64,000 bases of DNA, taken from the NCBI GenBank assembly GCA_035480635.1, contig DATIHN010000019.1, positions 16,260 through 80,259 on the forward strand, read 5' to 3'. Shown piece after piece: positions 1 to 10,610 of the stretch. The translations under genes and the position numbers were made by a program. Origin of the DNA: Candidatus Saccharimonadales bacterium. GTDB taxonomy: Bacteria; Patescibacteriota; Saccharimonadia; UBA4664; DATIHN01. Positions within the stretch are counted from its first letter, which is position 1. Each line of letters begins with the position of its first letter. The notes beneath the pieces were generated by a model. The model searched no databases, was not told the DNA's origin, and saw nothing but the letters and a program-made list of their open reading frames with translations.

Positions 1-1
1 A

Positions 2-1531
2 GTTTCGCGCTCACTAGCAGCATGCGAGGGGGCCGTTTTGGTGGTTGATGCGGCCCAAGGGATCCAAGCCCAAACCCTGGCCAATGTCTATTTGGCCATT
101 GAGGCTGGGCTTACTATTATCCCAGTTATTAACAAAATCGACTTGCCGGCGGCCGAACCGGATCGTGTGGCAGGGGAGTTGTCCAAACTACTGGGGATTG
201 AACCGGACTCAGTTTTGAGAGTATCGGCCAAGCAGGGGACGGGTGTGGAGGCTTTGCTCGATCGAATCGTGGCTGAAGTGCCGCCACCCAAAGGGGAGAT
301 CGATCAACCGCTCAGAGCACTGATCTTCGATTCACTTTATGACCCCTATCGCGGCGTGGTGCTATATTTACGGGTGGTCGATGGCAGTCTTGATGCCAAT
401 ACTTCAATTAGCCTGATGGGCTCTAAACAAGCCGGTTCAGCAATCGATGTGGGTATCTTTAAACCTCAACAAACCCCCGTAGCCAACTTGGGCACCGGCC
501 AAATTGGTTACGCCGTAACCAATTTTCGTTCTGTTAGCGAGGCCAGAGTCGGGGACACTATGACCACGGCCTCTACCCCAGCCACCGATCCCCTACCTGG
601 ATATCGTCAGATCAAACCCTTCGTTTACGCTGGCATTTTTGCGAGTTCGCAAGAACAATATCCGGCCTTAAGAGACGCTTTAACTAAACTGCAACTCAAC
701 GACGCGGCGCTAAGTTTTACGCCCGAAAACTCGCAGATTCTAGGCTTTGGTTTTCGGGTTGGTTTTTTGGGGCTACTGCATTTGGAAATTGTGACCGAAC
801 GCTTGGAGCGCGAATACGGCCTAGAAATCGTGGCCACAAATCCCTCAACCGACTACCAAATCTTACTTAAAACTGGCAGCAAAAATACGGTTCGATCAGC
901 CGCCGAATTACCCGATCCGTCGCAGATCGAAGCGATCCAAGAGCCTTGGATTAAGGGTGAAATTGTCGTGCCGGAAACCTACGTTGGTGGCATCATCGGT
1001 TTAATTAATCAGATCCGCGGGCACCAAACCAATTTGAACTATCTCGATCAAAGTCTGGCCGTAATCGATTTCGAAGCGCCGTTAGCCAACGTCTTAACCG
1101 ATTTCTACGATTCGCTCAAAAGCCTGACCAGTGGCTATGGCTCCTTTAGTTATGAATTGTCTGATTATCGGATTGAAGATTTGGTCCGCTTAGATATTTT
1201 GGTTGGCGGCCAATTGGTTGATAGCTTGAGTGGTATCGTTCACCGCGATGAGTCTTATCGGATTGGTAAAGCCATGGTCGATAAGCTCAAAGAAGTCATT
1301 CCCCGCCAGCTCTTCGAAGTCAGCTTGCAGGCCGCCATCGGTGGTAAAATCATTGCTCGCGAAGACATCAAAGCTTTGGGTAAAAACGTCACTGCTAAAC
1401 TTTATGGCGGCGACGTCACCCGCAAAAATAAACTCTTAGACAAACAAAAGGCTGGCAAGAAAAAGATGAAACGCATTGGTAAAGTCGATATTCCGGCCGA
1501 GGCCTTTATGGTGCTGGTCAAGCGGGGCTAG
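2..1531 (+). CDS. lepA: Elongation factor 4 (LepA), 5'-truncated by window edge
   Basis: Frame is open from nt 2 ('VSRSLAACEGAVLVVDAAQGIQAQT'). GTP-binding and LepA C-terminal motifs are present, including the conserved C-terminal 'AKLYGGDVTRK...KQKAGKKKMKRIGKVDIPAEAF'. Confidence 0.9.
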   Translation, partial: VSRSLAACEGAVLVVDAAQGIQAQTLANVYLAIEAGLTIIPVINKIDLPAAEPDRVAGELSKLLGIEPDSVLRVSAKQGTGVEALLDRIVAEVPPPKGEIDQPLRALIFDSLYDPYRGVVLYLRVVDGSLDANTSISLMGSKQAGSAIDVGIFKPQQTPVANLGTGQIGYAVTNFRSVSEARVGDTMTTASTPATDPLPGYRQIKPFVYAGIFASSQEQYPALRDALTKLQLNDAALSFTPENSQILGFGFRVGFLGLLHLEIVTERLEREYGLEIVATNPSTDYQILLKTGSKNTVRSAAELPDPSQIEAIQEPWIKGEIVVPETYVGGIIGLINQIRGHQTNLNYLDQSLAVIDFEAPLANVLTDFYDSLKSLTSGYGSFSYELSDYRIEDLVRLDILVGGQLVDSLSGIVHRDESYRIGKAMVDKLKEVIPRQLFEVSLQAAIGGKIIAREDIKALGKNVTAKLYGGDVTRKNKLLDKQKAGKKKMKRIGKVDIPAEAFMVLVKRG

Positions 1532-2010
1532 GACAATCGCTGTAAAATGGCTGATTCATCTATATCTGCCCGCCCAAGTTCCCTGGCCTGATCGGCAGAT
1601 TTTTTGATTAGAAAATCGGTATCGTGCCATTCAAGCACGCTGCTACTTTCGGGATCATTGCTATCACGCAGACCGGCATCAAGTTTAATCAATTGGCAAC
1701 GAAAATAGAGAGTAGTTTTTTCGATTTCGCGACCGTTTTCGCTAAATTTGGCAACGATCGGGCCTAGATATTCTGCAATATTAACTTCCGCACCCATTTC
1801 TTCCAAGCAACCACGTTGGACTGCGGCCTCGAGCGCTTCATTTGGTTCCACGGTTTCGCGCATTAATAAATACAGATCGTGGAAGACGGGGCCAAAATGT
1901 TTAGTTTCGAGGTGATGGTGACAGAGCACCTGGCCTTTGTCATTAACTATTATGGCGCCAACTGAAAGATGATGGTGGTTTTCGGCACTGTGTCGGTAAA
2001 TATTTGTCAT
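1528..2010 (-). CDS. NUDIX hydrolase
   Basis: Nudix box-like 'REtvEpnEaLEaAvqRgclEEmG'. 160 aa. Convergent 4-nt overlap with the lepA stop. Confidence 0.65.
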   Translation of the reverse strand: MTNIYRHSAENHHHLSVGAIIVNDKGQVLCHHHLETKHFGPVFHDLYLLMRETVEPNEALEAAVQRGCLEEMGAEVNIAEYLGPIVAKFSENGREIEKTTLYFRCQLIKLDAGLRDSNDPESSSVLEWHDTDFLIKKSADQARELGRADIDESAILQRLS

Positions 2011-2792
2011 AATAGCCGCAGCTTATCCTGTGCGATGATAATTTCACCCTGGAAAAGTTTGCGGGCGCTGTCAGTAATAACCTCATCAGTTTCTGCCCCG
2101 TCATACAAGTGCGAGAACACCAGTTTTTTAACCCCAGCCTTAGCGGCTATTTGGGCGCCCTCTTGCGGTGCCATATGGCCTGGCACCAAGCCCTTTTCGG
2201 CGTATTGCTTGGTTGAGAATGAGGCTTCGATAATGGCAATATCGGCGTTCGTGGCCAATTCAACCAGGTTCTCGCTCAGACCAGAATCGCCTGAATACAT
2301 AACAACTTGACCCTCAGCCTCTAACCTTACTGCGATGGCCTTCATAAACTGCTCCATGTGCGGCACCAACTTGGTCATCACTTTAACGCCGCTCAAATCA
2401 AATTCGTCGTCACCATGTTCGTGGACACTCAGCGGATAGGTGATGGCTCGATCGGGGTAAAACAGCTGCATTAAGGTATCAAAGTCGGCTTTTAAACCAG
2501 GGTAGCCGTGGATTTCAAAGGGGGCTTTACGTTCTGGGATTAGACCGCGCAGGCCGGCTTGGTGAACGGAAATCAAATTAGATATAAGATCTCCAATGTG
2601 ATCTGGGTGCCGGTGGCTGATGATTAAAAAATCAATATCTGCCAACGTCAGTCCGAGTTCTTTTAGACGTAGCGAACTATGGATACCAATATCGAGTAGG
2701 AGTTTTTTATCGTCTGTCTCAACGAGATATGACGAGCCATATCGGTTGGGCGTTACCAAATTGGTGCCGGTACCTACGGCCGTTACCTTCAT
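2007..2792 (-). CDS. MBL-fold metallo-hydrolase
   Basis: 'ISHRHPDHIGDL' HxHxDH metal-binding motif. 261 aa. Confidence 0.75.
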   Translation of the reverse strand: MKVTAVGTGTNLVTPNRYGSSYLVETDDKKLLLDIGIHSSLRLKELGLTLADIDFLIISHRHPDHIGDLISNLISVHQAGLRGLIPERKAPFEIHGYPGLKADFDTLMQLFYPDRAITYPLSVHEHGDDEFDLSGVKVMTKLVPHMEQFMKAIAVRLEAEGQVVMYSGDSGLSENLVELATNADIAIIEASFSTKQYAEKGLVPGHMAPQEGAQIAAKAGVKKLVFSHLYDGAETDEVITDSARKLFQGEIIIAQDKLRLL

Positions 2793-3241
2793 TTGGCGAG
2801 GGCCTCAAAGTCCTCTAGAATCTGCATGGCGTGTTGGTCTGGTTTGACTTTCTCGTAAGTTTTTACGATTTCGCCCTTGGGATTTATCAAATAAGTGTTG
2901 CGCAAAGTGCCTTCGAATTCGCGACCCATAAACTTCTTGAGACCCCAAGATTTGTAGGCTTTGATGGTCGTAAGCTCTGGGTCAGCTAGCAGGGTAAAGT
3001 TGAGCTGATACTTATCCACGAACTTTTTGTGGCTAGCGACTGTATCTTTACTAACGCCTGCGACTTCCAGCCCGGCCTCGACTAAAGCCTGTCGGCCATC
3101 ACGAAAACTGCAAGCTTCTTTGGTGCACCCCGGTGTGTCATCCTTGGGGTAAAAATATAATACTAGCCACTTACCGCGGTAGTCGGCTAGAGAATGGTTT
3201 TTGCCGTCTTGGTCAGGTAGATTGAAATCGGGCGCTTTCAT
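2789..3241 (-). CDS. bcp: Thiol peroxidase / peroxiredoxin Bcp
   Basis: 'FYPKDDTPGCTKEACSFRD' peroxiredoxin active-site motif. 150 aa. Confidence 0.85.
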   Translation of the reverse strand: MKAPDFNLPDQDGKNHSLADYRGKWLVLYFYPKDDTPGCTKEACSFRDGRQALVEAGLEVAGVSKDTVASHKKFVDKYQLNFTLLADPELTTIKAYKSWGLKKFMGREFEGTLRNTYLINPKGEIVKTYEKVKPDQHAMQILEDFEALAK

Positions 3242-3262
3242 GAATCTATTATATTCGATGTT

Positions 3263-3739
3263 CTAGAATTGAGATAACGCGAAGCGAAAGACATCCGTCT
3301 GAACTATTTCGAAACCCATCTTCAGATAAAGTTGTGCGGCCTCCGGACGGGCTTTTGAGTTGCAGGTCAGCTCAATATAATCCGCCGATTCCGACTTGGC
3401 AAAATCCACTGCGGCTTGAACTAGTGCCATGGCTGCACCTTGGCCGCGATTATTAGAATCAACCACAACGTCATCAATAAACGCTCGTTTTCTAACCGGG
3501 TGGCGCCAAACATGGACAGTGGTTGTACCGATATAGTTTCCATCTTTTGCCATGGCCATGAATAGTGCAGTATGTTCCTCGGCAATTATTTGTCGCAACT
3601 CCTCTTGGCCCAAGTGCGGAAAGATAGCTGTTTTAGGAGCGGAGTTGGTGAGCTGTTTGCACAGGGACTGCATGGCAAGAGTCAGCCTCTCATTAACCTC
3701 ATCGGCTTTGATGATCCGTTTTATTTCCATCCCACGCAT
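3263..3739 (-). CDS. GNAT family N-acetyltransferase
   Basis: 'NNRGQGAAMALVQAAVDFA' acetyl-CoA binding motif A of the GNAT fold. Confidence 0.7.
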   Translation of the reverse strand: MRGMEIKRIIKADEVNERLTLAMQSLCKQLTNSAPKTAIFPHLGQEELRQIIAEEHTALFMAMAKDGNYIGTTTVHVWRHPVRKRAFIDDVVVDSNNRGQGAAMALVQAAVDFAKSESADYIELTCNSKARPEAAQLYLKMGFEIVQTDVFRFALSQF

Positions 3740-3810
3740 TATAGCTTAACCTACCTACTTGCCTAAGCCTATCAGGAACGGTAGCATAAGGATAATATTA
3801 GGGGCGAAAA

Positions 3811-5409
3811 GTGGCAAACAAACCGACTAAATTCATTTTTGTGACAGGTGGTGTACTTTCCGGTTTGGGAAAGGGTATAACTGCCGCCTCAATCGGTAAC
3901 ATTCTCAAAGCCCGCGGTTTGAGCGTCAACATTCAGAAGTGCGATCCTTATCTAAATGTTGATGCCGGCACCTTAAACCCGCGCGAACATGGCGAGTGTT
4001 TTGTGACACATGATGGAGCTGAAACTGATTTGGATCTTGGCCACTACGAACGTTTTTTGGACCAGGAACTTAATCAGGCCAGTTCGCTAATGGCTGGACG
4101 AGTCCTTTTGCGGGTCATTCAGGACGAACGGGCGGGCAAATACGAGGGCGATGACGTTCAGATAATCCCCCATTTGACAGCAGCCATCCAGCGCTACATC
4201 CGCGAAGCTGGCGAGGGCTTTGATGTTCACATTGTCGAAATCGGCGGCACGGTTGGCGACTATGAAAGTTTAAGTTTTATTGAAGCGATTCGTGAACTTG
4301 GCATTGTGGTTGGCCAAGCCAACAGCCTTTACGTGCACGTAGTCTACCTGCCCTTCCTCGGCGCCAGCCAAGAAACCAAGACCAAGCCAGCCCAAAATTC
4401 AGTCCGAGAGTTGCGCGGTCTGGGCATTGCTCCGGATATCTTAGTCGCTCGCAGCGAAAAAACAGCTGCCAATGGCGCTAAACGTAAACTTAGCCTCTAC
4501 AGCGGTGTGCCAGAGGACGCTATTGCCTTATTACCTAACGCATCATCGATCTATGAGGTCCCATTAACGCTCGAAGATACCGGTATTGCCAAAGTCATAT
4601 GCCGACGCCTGGGGCTCGAGGTCAAAAAACCGAACTTGGACGCTTGGCGGGACGTGGTTGACCGGACTAAATCAGCTAAAAAGCAGCTTCTAAATGTTGG
4701 GGTTGTGGCAAAGTATATGGATAATCAGGACACCTATATGTCAGTTTTTGAGGCTTTGCGCTCAGCCGCCTACGCCGGTGATTTCGACATTCACATCAAA
4801 TGGATTGATGCTGAGAAATTGGAAAAATCTCGAGACGTTGGCAAAGTCTTAGGCGGCGTCCAAGGTCTAGTTGTACCAGGAGGTTTTGGCGTCAGGGGGC
4901 TCGAGGGCAAAATTAAGGCTGCTCAATACGCCCTGACACACGATCTGCCCTACTTAGGGCTTTGCCTAGGACTCCAGATGGGCATTGTGGCGGCAGCTCG
5001 CAACGGGGGACTGGCTCTAGCGACGTCAAAAGAACTTGATCCGCACAGTCCCGATCTGGTTATCAGTACAATGTCGGATCAGGAAGGCAAAGAAAATACT
5101 GGTGGCACTATGCGGCTGGGGAACTACCCTTGCGTACTAACAAAAGGGACCAAGTCAGCCAAACTTTACGGAGTGGGTATGGTCGAGGAGCGCCATCGCC
5201 ACCGTTATGAATGTAATAATGACTACCGGGATCAATATGAGTCCTGGGGAATTCGCGTAGCTGGAACTTCACCTGACGGAAAATTGGTCGAGATGATTGA
5301 GGCTAACAATCACCCTTTTTTTGTAGCCAGTCAGTTTCACCCCGAATTTAAATCCCGCCCTGGTCGTCCCCACCCATTATTTAAAGGCTTTATTGAAAGT
5401 TTGAAGTAA
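3811..5409 (+). CDS. pyrG: CTP synthase
   Basis: N-terminus 'KFIFVTGGVLSGLGKGITAASIG' and the C-terminal glutamine amidotransferase domain 'GLCLGLQ'. GTG start. Confidence 0.95.
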   Translation: MANKPTKFIFVTGGVLSGLGKGITAASIGNILKARGLSVNIQKCDPYLNVDAGTLNPREHGECFVTHDGAETDLDLGHYERFLDQELNQASSLMAGRVLLRVIQDERAGKYEGDDVQIIPHLTAAIQRYIREAGEGFDVHIVEIGGTVGDYESLSFIEAIRELGIVVGQANSLYVHVVYLPFLGASQETKTKPAQNSVRELRGLGIAPDILVARSEKTAANGAKRKLSLYSGVPEDAIALLPNASSIYEVPLTLEDTGIAKVICRRLGLEVKKPNLDAWRDVVDRTKSAKKQLLNVGVVAKYMDNQDTYMSVFEALRSAAYAGDFDIHIKWIDAEKLEKSRDVGKVLGGVQGLVVPGGFGVRGLEGKIKAAQYALTHDLPYLGLCLGLQMGIVAAARNGGLALATSKELDPHSPDLVISTMSDQEGKENTGGTMRLGNYPCVLTKGTKSAKLYGVGMVEERHRHRYECNNDYRDQYESWGIRVAGTSPDGKLVEMIEANNHPFFVASQFHPEFKSRPGRPHPLFKGFIESLK

Positions 5410-5419
5410 TTACGCTCTT

Positions 5420-5457
5420 TTAGCACTCTTGACGTGAGAGTGCTAAATTATTACAAT
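5420..5457 (+). promoter_or_regulatory. CIRCE operator (TTAGCACTC-N9-GAGTGCTAA, 5420-5446) overlapping a sigma-70-like promoter (-35 TTGACG 5429-5434, 17-nt spacer, -10 TACAAT 5452-5457)
   Basis: Perfect CIRCE inverted repeat read directly in the sequence, 55 nt upstream of hrcA. Confidence 0.8.
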
Positions 5458-5501
5458 AATGGTATCTGGCACTTTACCCCTGCAAGTGCCAAAATAAGCC
5501 A

Positions 5502-6203
5502 ATGACTCCAAGACAAGCCCAAATTTTAGCATCTATCGTCGAAACTTACGCCCAAACAGCCGAACCGGTTGGTTCGCTGGCACTCAGTCAACAAATGACT
5601 TATTCGCCAGCCACTATTCGAGCCGAGATGATGGCCTTGGAGCAAACCGGCCTGATAACCCATCCCCATACCTCGGCCGGTCGAGTGCCGACCGATCAGG
5701 GTTATCGGCATTACGTTAACAATTTAGGCACCCCAGCCACTAACCGGCGAATCGAATATGCTTTAACCAAGCGCATTTCTGGCGCCGGTCCGGCCGATGA
5801 AGCCATCAAAACGGCTGCCAGCTCGCTATCTGAGCTAACCCATAATCTGGGGCTAGCAACTCTCTCGCAAGGCGTCTTCACGGCCGGCCTGACCCAGCTA
5901 TTTTCCCAGCCGGAATTCAGCGATCACTTGGCCGCTCGCCAAACCTATGAGGTCAGCCGCCTGCTAGACAGTTTGGATCAATGGTTGGTGGAAGCTGCTC
6001 CAACTGGGCGCGTTAGCGTCTACATTGGGGCCGAAAATCCGATTGGCAAATCCAGCGGCTGCTCACTGATCGTTTCCCGCTTTAGTTCACCTTACAGCGA
6101 TCGTAGCTACATCGGTGTGCTGGGACCAACGCGGCAAAACTATAACCAAGTTATTGGGCTGGTTGATTACGCCAGCCGCATATTGGAGGAAGAATTAGTA
6201 TGA
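5502..6203 (+). CDS. hrcA: Heat-inducible transcription repressor HrcA (short form, 233 aa)
   Basis: N-terminal 'MTPRQAQILASIVETYAQTAEPVGS' winged-helix of HrcA. First gene of the CIRCE-controlled operon. Confidence 0.8.
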   Translation: MTPRQAQILASIVETYAQTAEPVGSLALSQQMTYSPATIRAEMMALEQTGLITHPHTSAGRVPTDQGYRHYVNNLGTPATNRRIEYALTKRISGAGPADEAIKTAASSLSELTHNLGLATLSQGVFTAGLTQLFSQPEFSDHLAARQTYEVSRLLDSLDQWLVEAAPTGRVSVYIGAENPIGKSSGCSLIVSRFSSPYSDRSYIGVLGPTRQNYNQVIGLVDYASRILEEELV

Positions 6204-6685
6204 CGGCCGAAAAAAAGACAGCCAGAAAACCAAAACCGATCGGGTCCGATCAAGCTCTGGAGGAGCTCAAATCTGATTTGCAGCGGGTCCAGGCCGACTT
6301 TGTTAATTTTCGTCGTCGAATTGAAGGCGAGCGGGGAGAATTAATGGAATCCGCCAAGGTCATGGTGGTCGAGGAATTGCTACCTCTGTTCGATAACCTC
6401 GATCGCGCCCTCGCCCACGCTCCGGCTGAACTGGCGGGCAACGCTTGGGTGCAAGGCGTGGAACAAGTAGCTAAGCAGGTCACAGAAACTCTAGCGAACT
6501 TGGGTGTCGAGGTTTTTGGGGCGGTGGACGATCATTTTGACCCCAAACTGCACGAAGCCATTGCCCACGAGGGCGAGGGCGAAGCAATTATCGAAGTATT
6601 TCAAAAGGGCTATCGCAGCGGTGAGCGCGTTATCCGGCCGGCGATGGTCAAGGTCGGACACTTAAAGAAGGAAGGCAAGTCATGA
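6200..6685 (+). CDS. grpE: Nucleotide exchange factor GrpE
   Basis: 'LQRVQADFVNFRRRIEGER' GrpE signature. ATGA overlap with hrcA. Confidence 0.9.
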   Translation: MTAEKKTARKPKPIGSDQALEELKSDLQRVQADFVNFRRRIEGERGELMESAKVMVVEELLPLFDNLDRALAHAPAELAGNAWVQGVEQVAKQVTETLANLGVEVFGAVDDHFDPKLHEAIAHEGEGEAIIEVFQKGYRSGERVIRPAMVKVGHLKKEGKS

Positions 6686-6969
6686 CTATAGAACGTAATG
6701 GTGGTGAACCAGAATCTGACCAACAAGCTGCCGAGCGCTTAGCAGCTGAACTGGACATGCATAGTGCTGACACCGGAGAGATTGCTGACATATCGAAGAT
6801 TTCAAGAGCTACTTGGGAAGGTCGATCCGCGACTGACATCATCGCCGAGTATGGAGGGCTTGAGGGAGTTGAACGTCAGATTGGGTCGGATGCAGCTAGG
6901 GAGCTCGAAGAACGCGCTGTAAGAGAAGAAAAGGACGATATTGAAAGTCAAGAGAAAGGAGACAACTAA
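6682..6969 (+). CDS. Hypothetical acidic protein (95 aa) inside the dnaK operon
   Basis: ATGA overlap with grpE and TAATG overlap with dnaK (translational coupling). No recognisable domain. Confidence 0.5.
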   Translation: MTIERNGGEPESDQQAAERLAAELDMHSADTGEIADISKISRATWEGRSATDIIAEYGGLEGVERQIGSDAARELEERAVREEKDDIESQEKGDN

Positions 6970-8903
6970 TGGGTAAAATTATCGGAATCGATTTAGGTAC
7001 AACTAACTCGGCCATGGCCGTTATGGAAGGCGGGCAACCGACCGTCGTTCCCAACGCCGAGGGTGGCCGCACTACGCCATCGGTGGTAGCAGTTAACAAA
7101 AATGGCGAACGCTTGGTGGGTCAAGTGGCTAAACGCCAAGCTGTTATCAATAGTGAAAACACCATCTTTAGCGTTAAGCGTCTAATCGGACGCAAGTTCG
7201 AAGACGATGAGGTTCAGCGCGATATCAAGCTGATGCCTTACAAGATTGAAAAGGGCAATGGTGGCGTCAAAGTCAAAATGGGAGATAAGAGCTACAGCCC
7301 AGAGGAAGTTTCGGCCATGATCCTAGCCAAGCTGAAGGCCGATGCCGAGGCTTTCACTGGCGGCCCAGTAACGGAAGCCGTTATCACTGTACCCGCCTAC
7401 TTTAACGATGCTCAACGCCAGGCCACCAAAGACGCTGGCAAGATCGCTGGTCTTGAGGTCAAACGCATTATCAACGAGCCGACCGCGGCCGCTTTGGCCT
7501 ACGGCCTCGATAAAAAGAAAGAAGAAAAGATTGTGGTTTACGATCTAGGTGGCGGTACCTTCGACGTATCCGTGTTGGAATTGGGCGATGGCGTCTTTGA
7601 AGTTAAAAGTACCAACGGTGACACCCATTTGGGTGGCGACGACTTTGACCTCGTCATCATGAACCACTTGGTGGATGAGCACAAGAAAGAGCAGGGCATT
7701 GATCTCAAAAATGACAAGGCCGCCCTGCAACGACTCAAAGAAGCCGCCGAGAAGGCCAAAATCGAACTGAGTTCCACCACCGAGAGCGAAATCAATCTAC
7801 CGTTCATTACGGCCGATGCTTCCGGTCCTAAGCATTTTACCCACAACCTAACGCGAGCCAAATTGGAGCAACTGGTCGGTGATCTGATCGAAAAAACTGC
7901 TAAACCTTGCCAGTCAGCGCTAAAGGATGCCGGTCTTAAGGCTAGCGACATCAACGAAGTCATCTTGGTTGGCGGTATGACTCGCATGCCGGCGGTTCAG
8001 GCCAAGGTTCAAGAACTCTTCGGCAAGGAACCCCTCAAGGGTGTTAACCCGGATGAGGTGGTGGCCATTGGTGCGGCCGTGCAAGGCGGTGTGCTGGCTG
8101 GCGACGTCAAAGACGTGCTATTGCTGGATGTAACTCCTCTGTCATTGGGGCTAGAAACCCTGGGCGGTGTATCGACCAAGCTGATTGAGCGCAACACCAC
8201 TATTCCGACTTCTAAGAGTCAGGTATTCTCAACCGCCGCCGATTCGCAAACGTCCGTTGAAATTAACGTATTGCAAGGTGAGCGCGAATTTGCCAAAGAC
8301 AACAAAAGTCTAGGCCGCTTCATTCTGGATGGCATCCCCCCGGCACCACGCGGCATACCGCAGGTCGAAGTGACTTTCAATATTGACGCTAACGGCATCG
8401 TTAACGTCAGTGCTAAAGATAAAGGCACTGGCAAGGAGCAACACATTACCATTCAGCAAAGCGGCAACTTGAGCGAGGATGAAATTAAGCGCATGCAAGC
8501 TGAGGCTGAGGCTCACGCTGATGAAGACAAGCAAAAGAAAGAGCAAATTGAGGCCAAGAATCAGCTTGATGGCATGATCTACACAGCCGAAAAAACCCTC
8601 AAAGACGCCGGCGATAAAGCATCAGATGAAGATAAAAAGGCGCTGGAAGAAGCCATCACCGAGGCCAAGACCAAGCTGGAGAGCGAAGACAAGGACGAGC
8701 TGGACAAGGCTGCTAGCGACCTGAGCGAAAAGATGCAAAAAGTTGGCGCCGCTATGTATGCGGCTGACGCCCCTGGAACCGATGGTGCCCCGGAAGAAGT
8801 CGAAGCTACCGAGAAAGACGGTGAACCGGTTGAGGGTGAGGTGGTCGAGCCCGACGCTGCCTCCGGGCCAAGCGAAAGTGAAAATCCGAAAGAAGAAAAA
8901 TAA
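6969..8903 (+). CDS. dnaK: Chaperone DnaK (Hsp70)
   Basis: 'GIDLGTTNS', 'DLGGGTFD' and '[11 protein letters not shown]' Hsp70 signatures. Confidence 0.97.
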   Translation: MGKIIGIDLGTTNSAMAVMEGGQPTVVPNAEGGRTTPSVVAVNKNGERLVGQVAKRQAVINSENTIFSVKRLIGRKFEDDEVQRDIKLMPYKIEKGNGGVKVKMGDKSYSPEEVSAMILAKLKADAEAFTGGPVTEAVITVPAYFNDAQRQATKDAGKIAGLEVKRIINEPTAAALAYGLDKKKEEKIVVYDLGGGTFDVSVLELGDGVFEVKSTNGDTHLGGDDFDLVIMNHLVDEHKKEQGIDLKNDKAALQRLKEAAEKAKIELSSTTESEINLPFITADASGPKHFTHNLTRAKLEQLVGDLIEKTAKPCQSALKDAGLKASDINEVILVGGMTRMPAVQAKVQELFGKEPLKGVNPDEVVAIGAAVQGGVLAGDVKDVLLLDVTPLSLGLETLGGVSTKLIERNTTIPTSKSQVFSTAADSQTSVEINVLQGEREFAKDNKSLGRFILDGIPPAPRGIPQVEVTFNIDANGIVNVSAKDKGTGKEQHITIQQSGNLSEDEIKRMQAEAEAHADEDKQKKEQIEAKNQLDGMIYTAEKTLKDAGDKASDEDKKALEEAITEAKTKLESEDKDELDKAASDLSEKMQKVGAAMYAADAPGTDGAPEEVEATEKDGEPVEGEVVEPDAASGPSESENPKEEK

Positions 8904-8913
8904 GAGGTGAGGC

Positions 8914-9486
8914 ATGACTAAGCTAAGCGACAAAATAAGAAAAGAACTTAGCTTAGTCGAGTCTCCGTCCGAGATGCCAATTAAGATTATTGCCGTCGAT
9001 GGACATGGCGGTTCGGGAAAATCAACTTTGGCTGGACAACTATCTCAAGAACTAGGGGCGACAGTTGCGCAGGTGGATGACTTTGCATCATTCGACAACC
9101 CATCTGACTGGACAGAAAAATTCGTTGAATCTGTTATTAAGCCAATTAAAGCTGGAGCTAAGAGCCTAAGCTATTCTCGCAGCAAATGGTGGCCGGATCA
9201 CGACCCTCAGCCAGTTGAAGGACAACTTGTTACCCCAATCATGATCCTTGATGGTGTTAGGTCAAACCGAAAAGAGCTTAGACCTTATTTAGCGTATTCT
9301 ATTTGGGTTGAAACCCCCGAAGACCTATGTTTGGCGCGAGGCATAGAGCGAGACAAAAAACAGGGTACCGAGGAAGATATCAAAAAGATTTGGCAAGATT
9401 GGCTTAAAGATGAAAATGCCTATATTCAGCGAGATCAACCGAAAGAGAACTCAGATATAATTGTTGATGGTACAGAGGGTTACTAA
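8914..9486 (+). CDS. P-loop NTPase / nucleoside-kinase-like protein (190 aa) inserted between dnaK and dnaJ
   Basis: Walker A '[14 protein letters not shown]'. RBS GAGGTGAGG. TAATG coupling to dnaJ. Markedly AT-rich relative to its flanks. Confidence 0.6.
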   Translation: MTKLSDKIRKELSLVESPSEMPIKIIAVDGHGGSGKSTLAGQLSQELGATVAQVDDFASFDNPSDWTEKFVESVIKPIKAGAKSLSYSRSKWWPDHDPQPVEGQLVTPIMILDGVRSNRKELRPYLAYSIWVETPEDLCLARGIERDKKQGTEEDIKKIWQDWLKDENAYIQRDQPKENSDIIVDGTEGY

Positions 9487-10586
9487 TGGCAACGACTAAA
9501 AAAGATTATTACGAAGTTCTGGGCGTGGCCAAAACGGCATCTGATGAGGAAATCAAAAAAGCCTATCGCAAGCTGGCCATGGAGCATCATCCGGATAAGC
9601 ATGGCGGCAGCGATGCCAAGTTCAAAGAGGTGGGCGAGGCTTACGAAGTCCTAAAAGATCCGCAGAAGCGTCAGGCTTACGATCAGTTTGGACATGCCGA
9701 TGCTCAGGGCAATCCTTTTGGTGGTGGCGCTGGCGGAGCTGGCTTTGACCCCAACAACTTTGACTTTAGTAACATGGGCGGCGTTGGCGATATCTTCGAT
9801 ATGTTCTTCCGCGGAGGCGCTGGCGGCCGAGCCCGCCCCCAAAGTGGCCGTGACCTTCAAGTTACCTTAACGCTCGATTTCAAAGAGGCCGTCTTTGGTG
9901 CCACTCGCGAAATCCAATTGGACCTAGACGACACCTGTGATCGTTGCGCCGGCAAAATGGCCGAACCGGGCAGCGGGCTTAAGCAATGCCCGACTTGCGA
10001 TGGCAGTGGCGTGGTAACCAAAGTTCAAAGCACCATTTTGGGCAGTTTCCAACAGCAAAGCATTTGTGGCACCTGCGAGGGGCTGGGTGAAGTACCAGAA
10101 AAGCCCTGCACCAAATGCCATGGCAGTGGGGTGGTGCACAAGGCCAGAAAGATCACTATCAAAATCCCGGCTGGGGTCGATAATGATGCAACTATTCGCA
10201 TGAGCGGCCAAGGTGCTGCCACTCGAGGCGGTCGCAAAGGTGATCTTTATGTTCAGATTTTAGTTCGCAGTAGCAATCAATTTACCCGCAGCGGCCACAA
10301 TATTTTGAGCCAAGCTACCATCGGCATGGCTGATGCTGCTTTGGGCACCGAGGTGCCGGTGGAGACGGTTGATGGCCCAGTTAAATTGAAAGTTCCAGCC
10401 GGCACACAAAGCGGCAAAGTTATTAAATTGAGCGATCGGGGTGTGCCGCTAGTTAATAGCTCGCGCCGGGGCGATCACTTAGTGACGGTTAACGTCATAA
10501 CGCCAACTAAGTTAACCCAGCATCAAAAACAGCTATTGGAAGAGTTCGCCAAAGATGACGGTAAAAAACATTTTTGGAATAAATAG
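9486..10586 (+). CDS. dnaJ: Chaperone DnaJ
   Basis: J-domain 'DYYEVLGV...HPDK', G/F-rich region, four CxxCxGxG zinc-finger repeats. Confidence 0.95.
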   Translation: MATTKKDYYEVLGVAKTASDEEIKKAYRKLAMEHHPDKHGGSDAKFKEVGEAYEVLKDPQKRQAYDQFGHADAQGNPFGGGAGGAGFDPNNFDFSNMGGVGDIFDMFFRGGAGGRARPQSGRDLQVTLTLDFKEAVFGATREIQLDLDDTCDRCAGKMAEPGSGLKQCPTCDGSGVVTKVQSTILGSFQQQSICGTCEGLGEVPEKPCTKCHGSGVVHKARKITIKIPAGVDNDATIRMSGQGAATRGGRKGDLYVQILVRSSNQFTRSGHNILSQATIGMADAALGTEVPVETVDGPVKLKVPAGTQSGKVIKLSDRGVPLVNSSRRGDHLVTVNVITPTKLTQHQKQLLEEFAKDDGKKHFWNK

Positions 10587-10610
10587 ATATTCTACTTCTA
10601 TCATTTCTCT

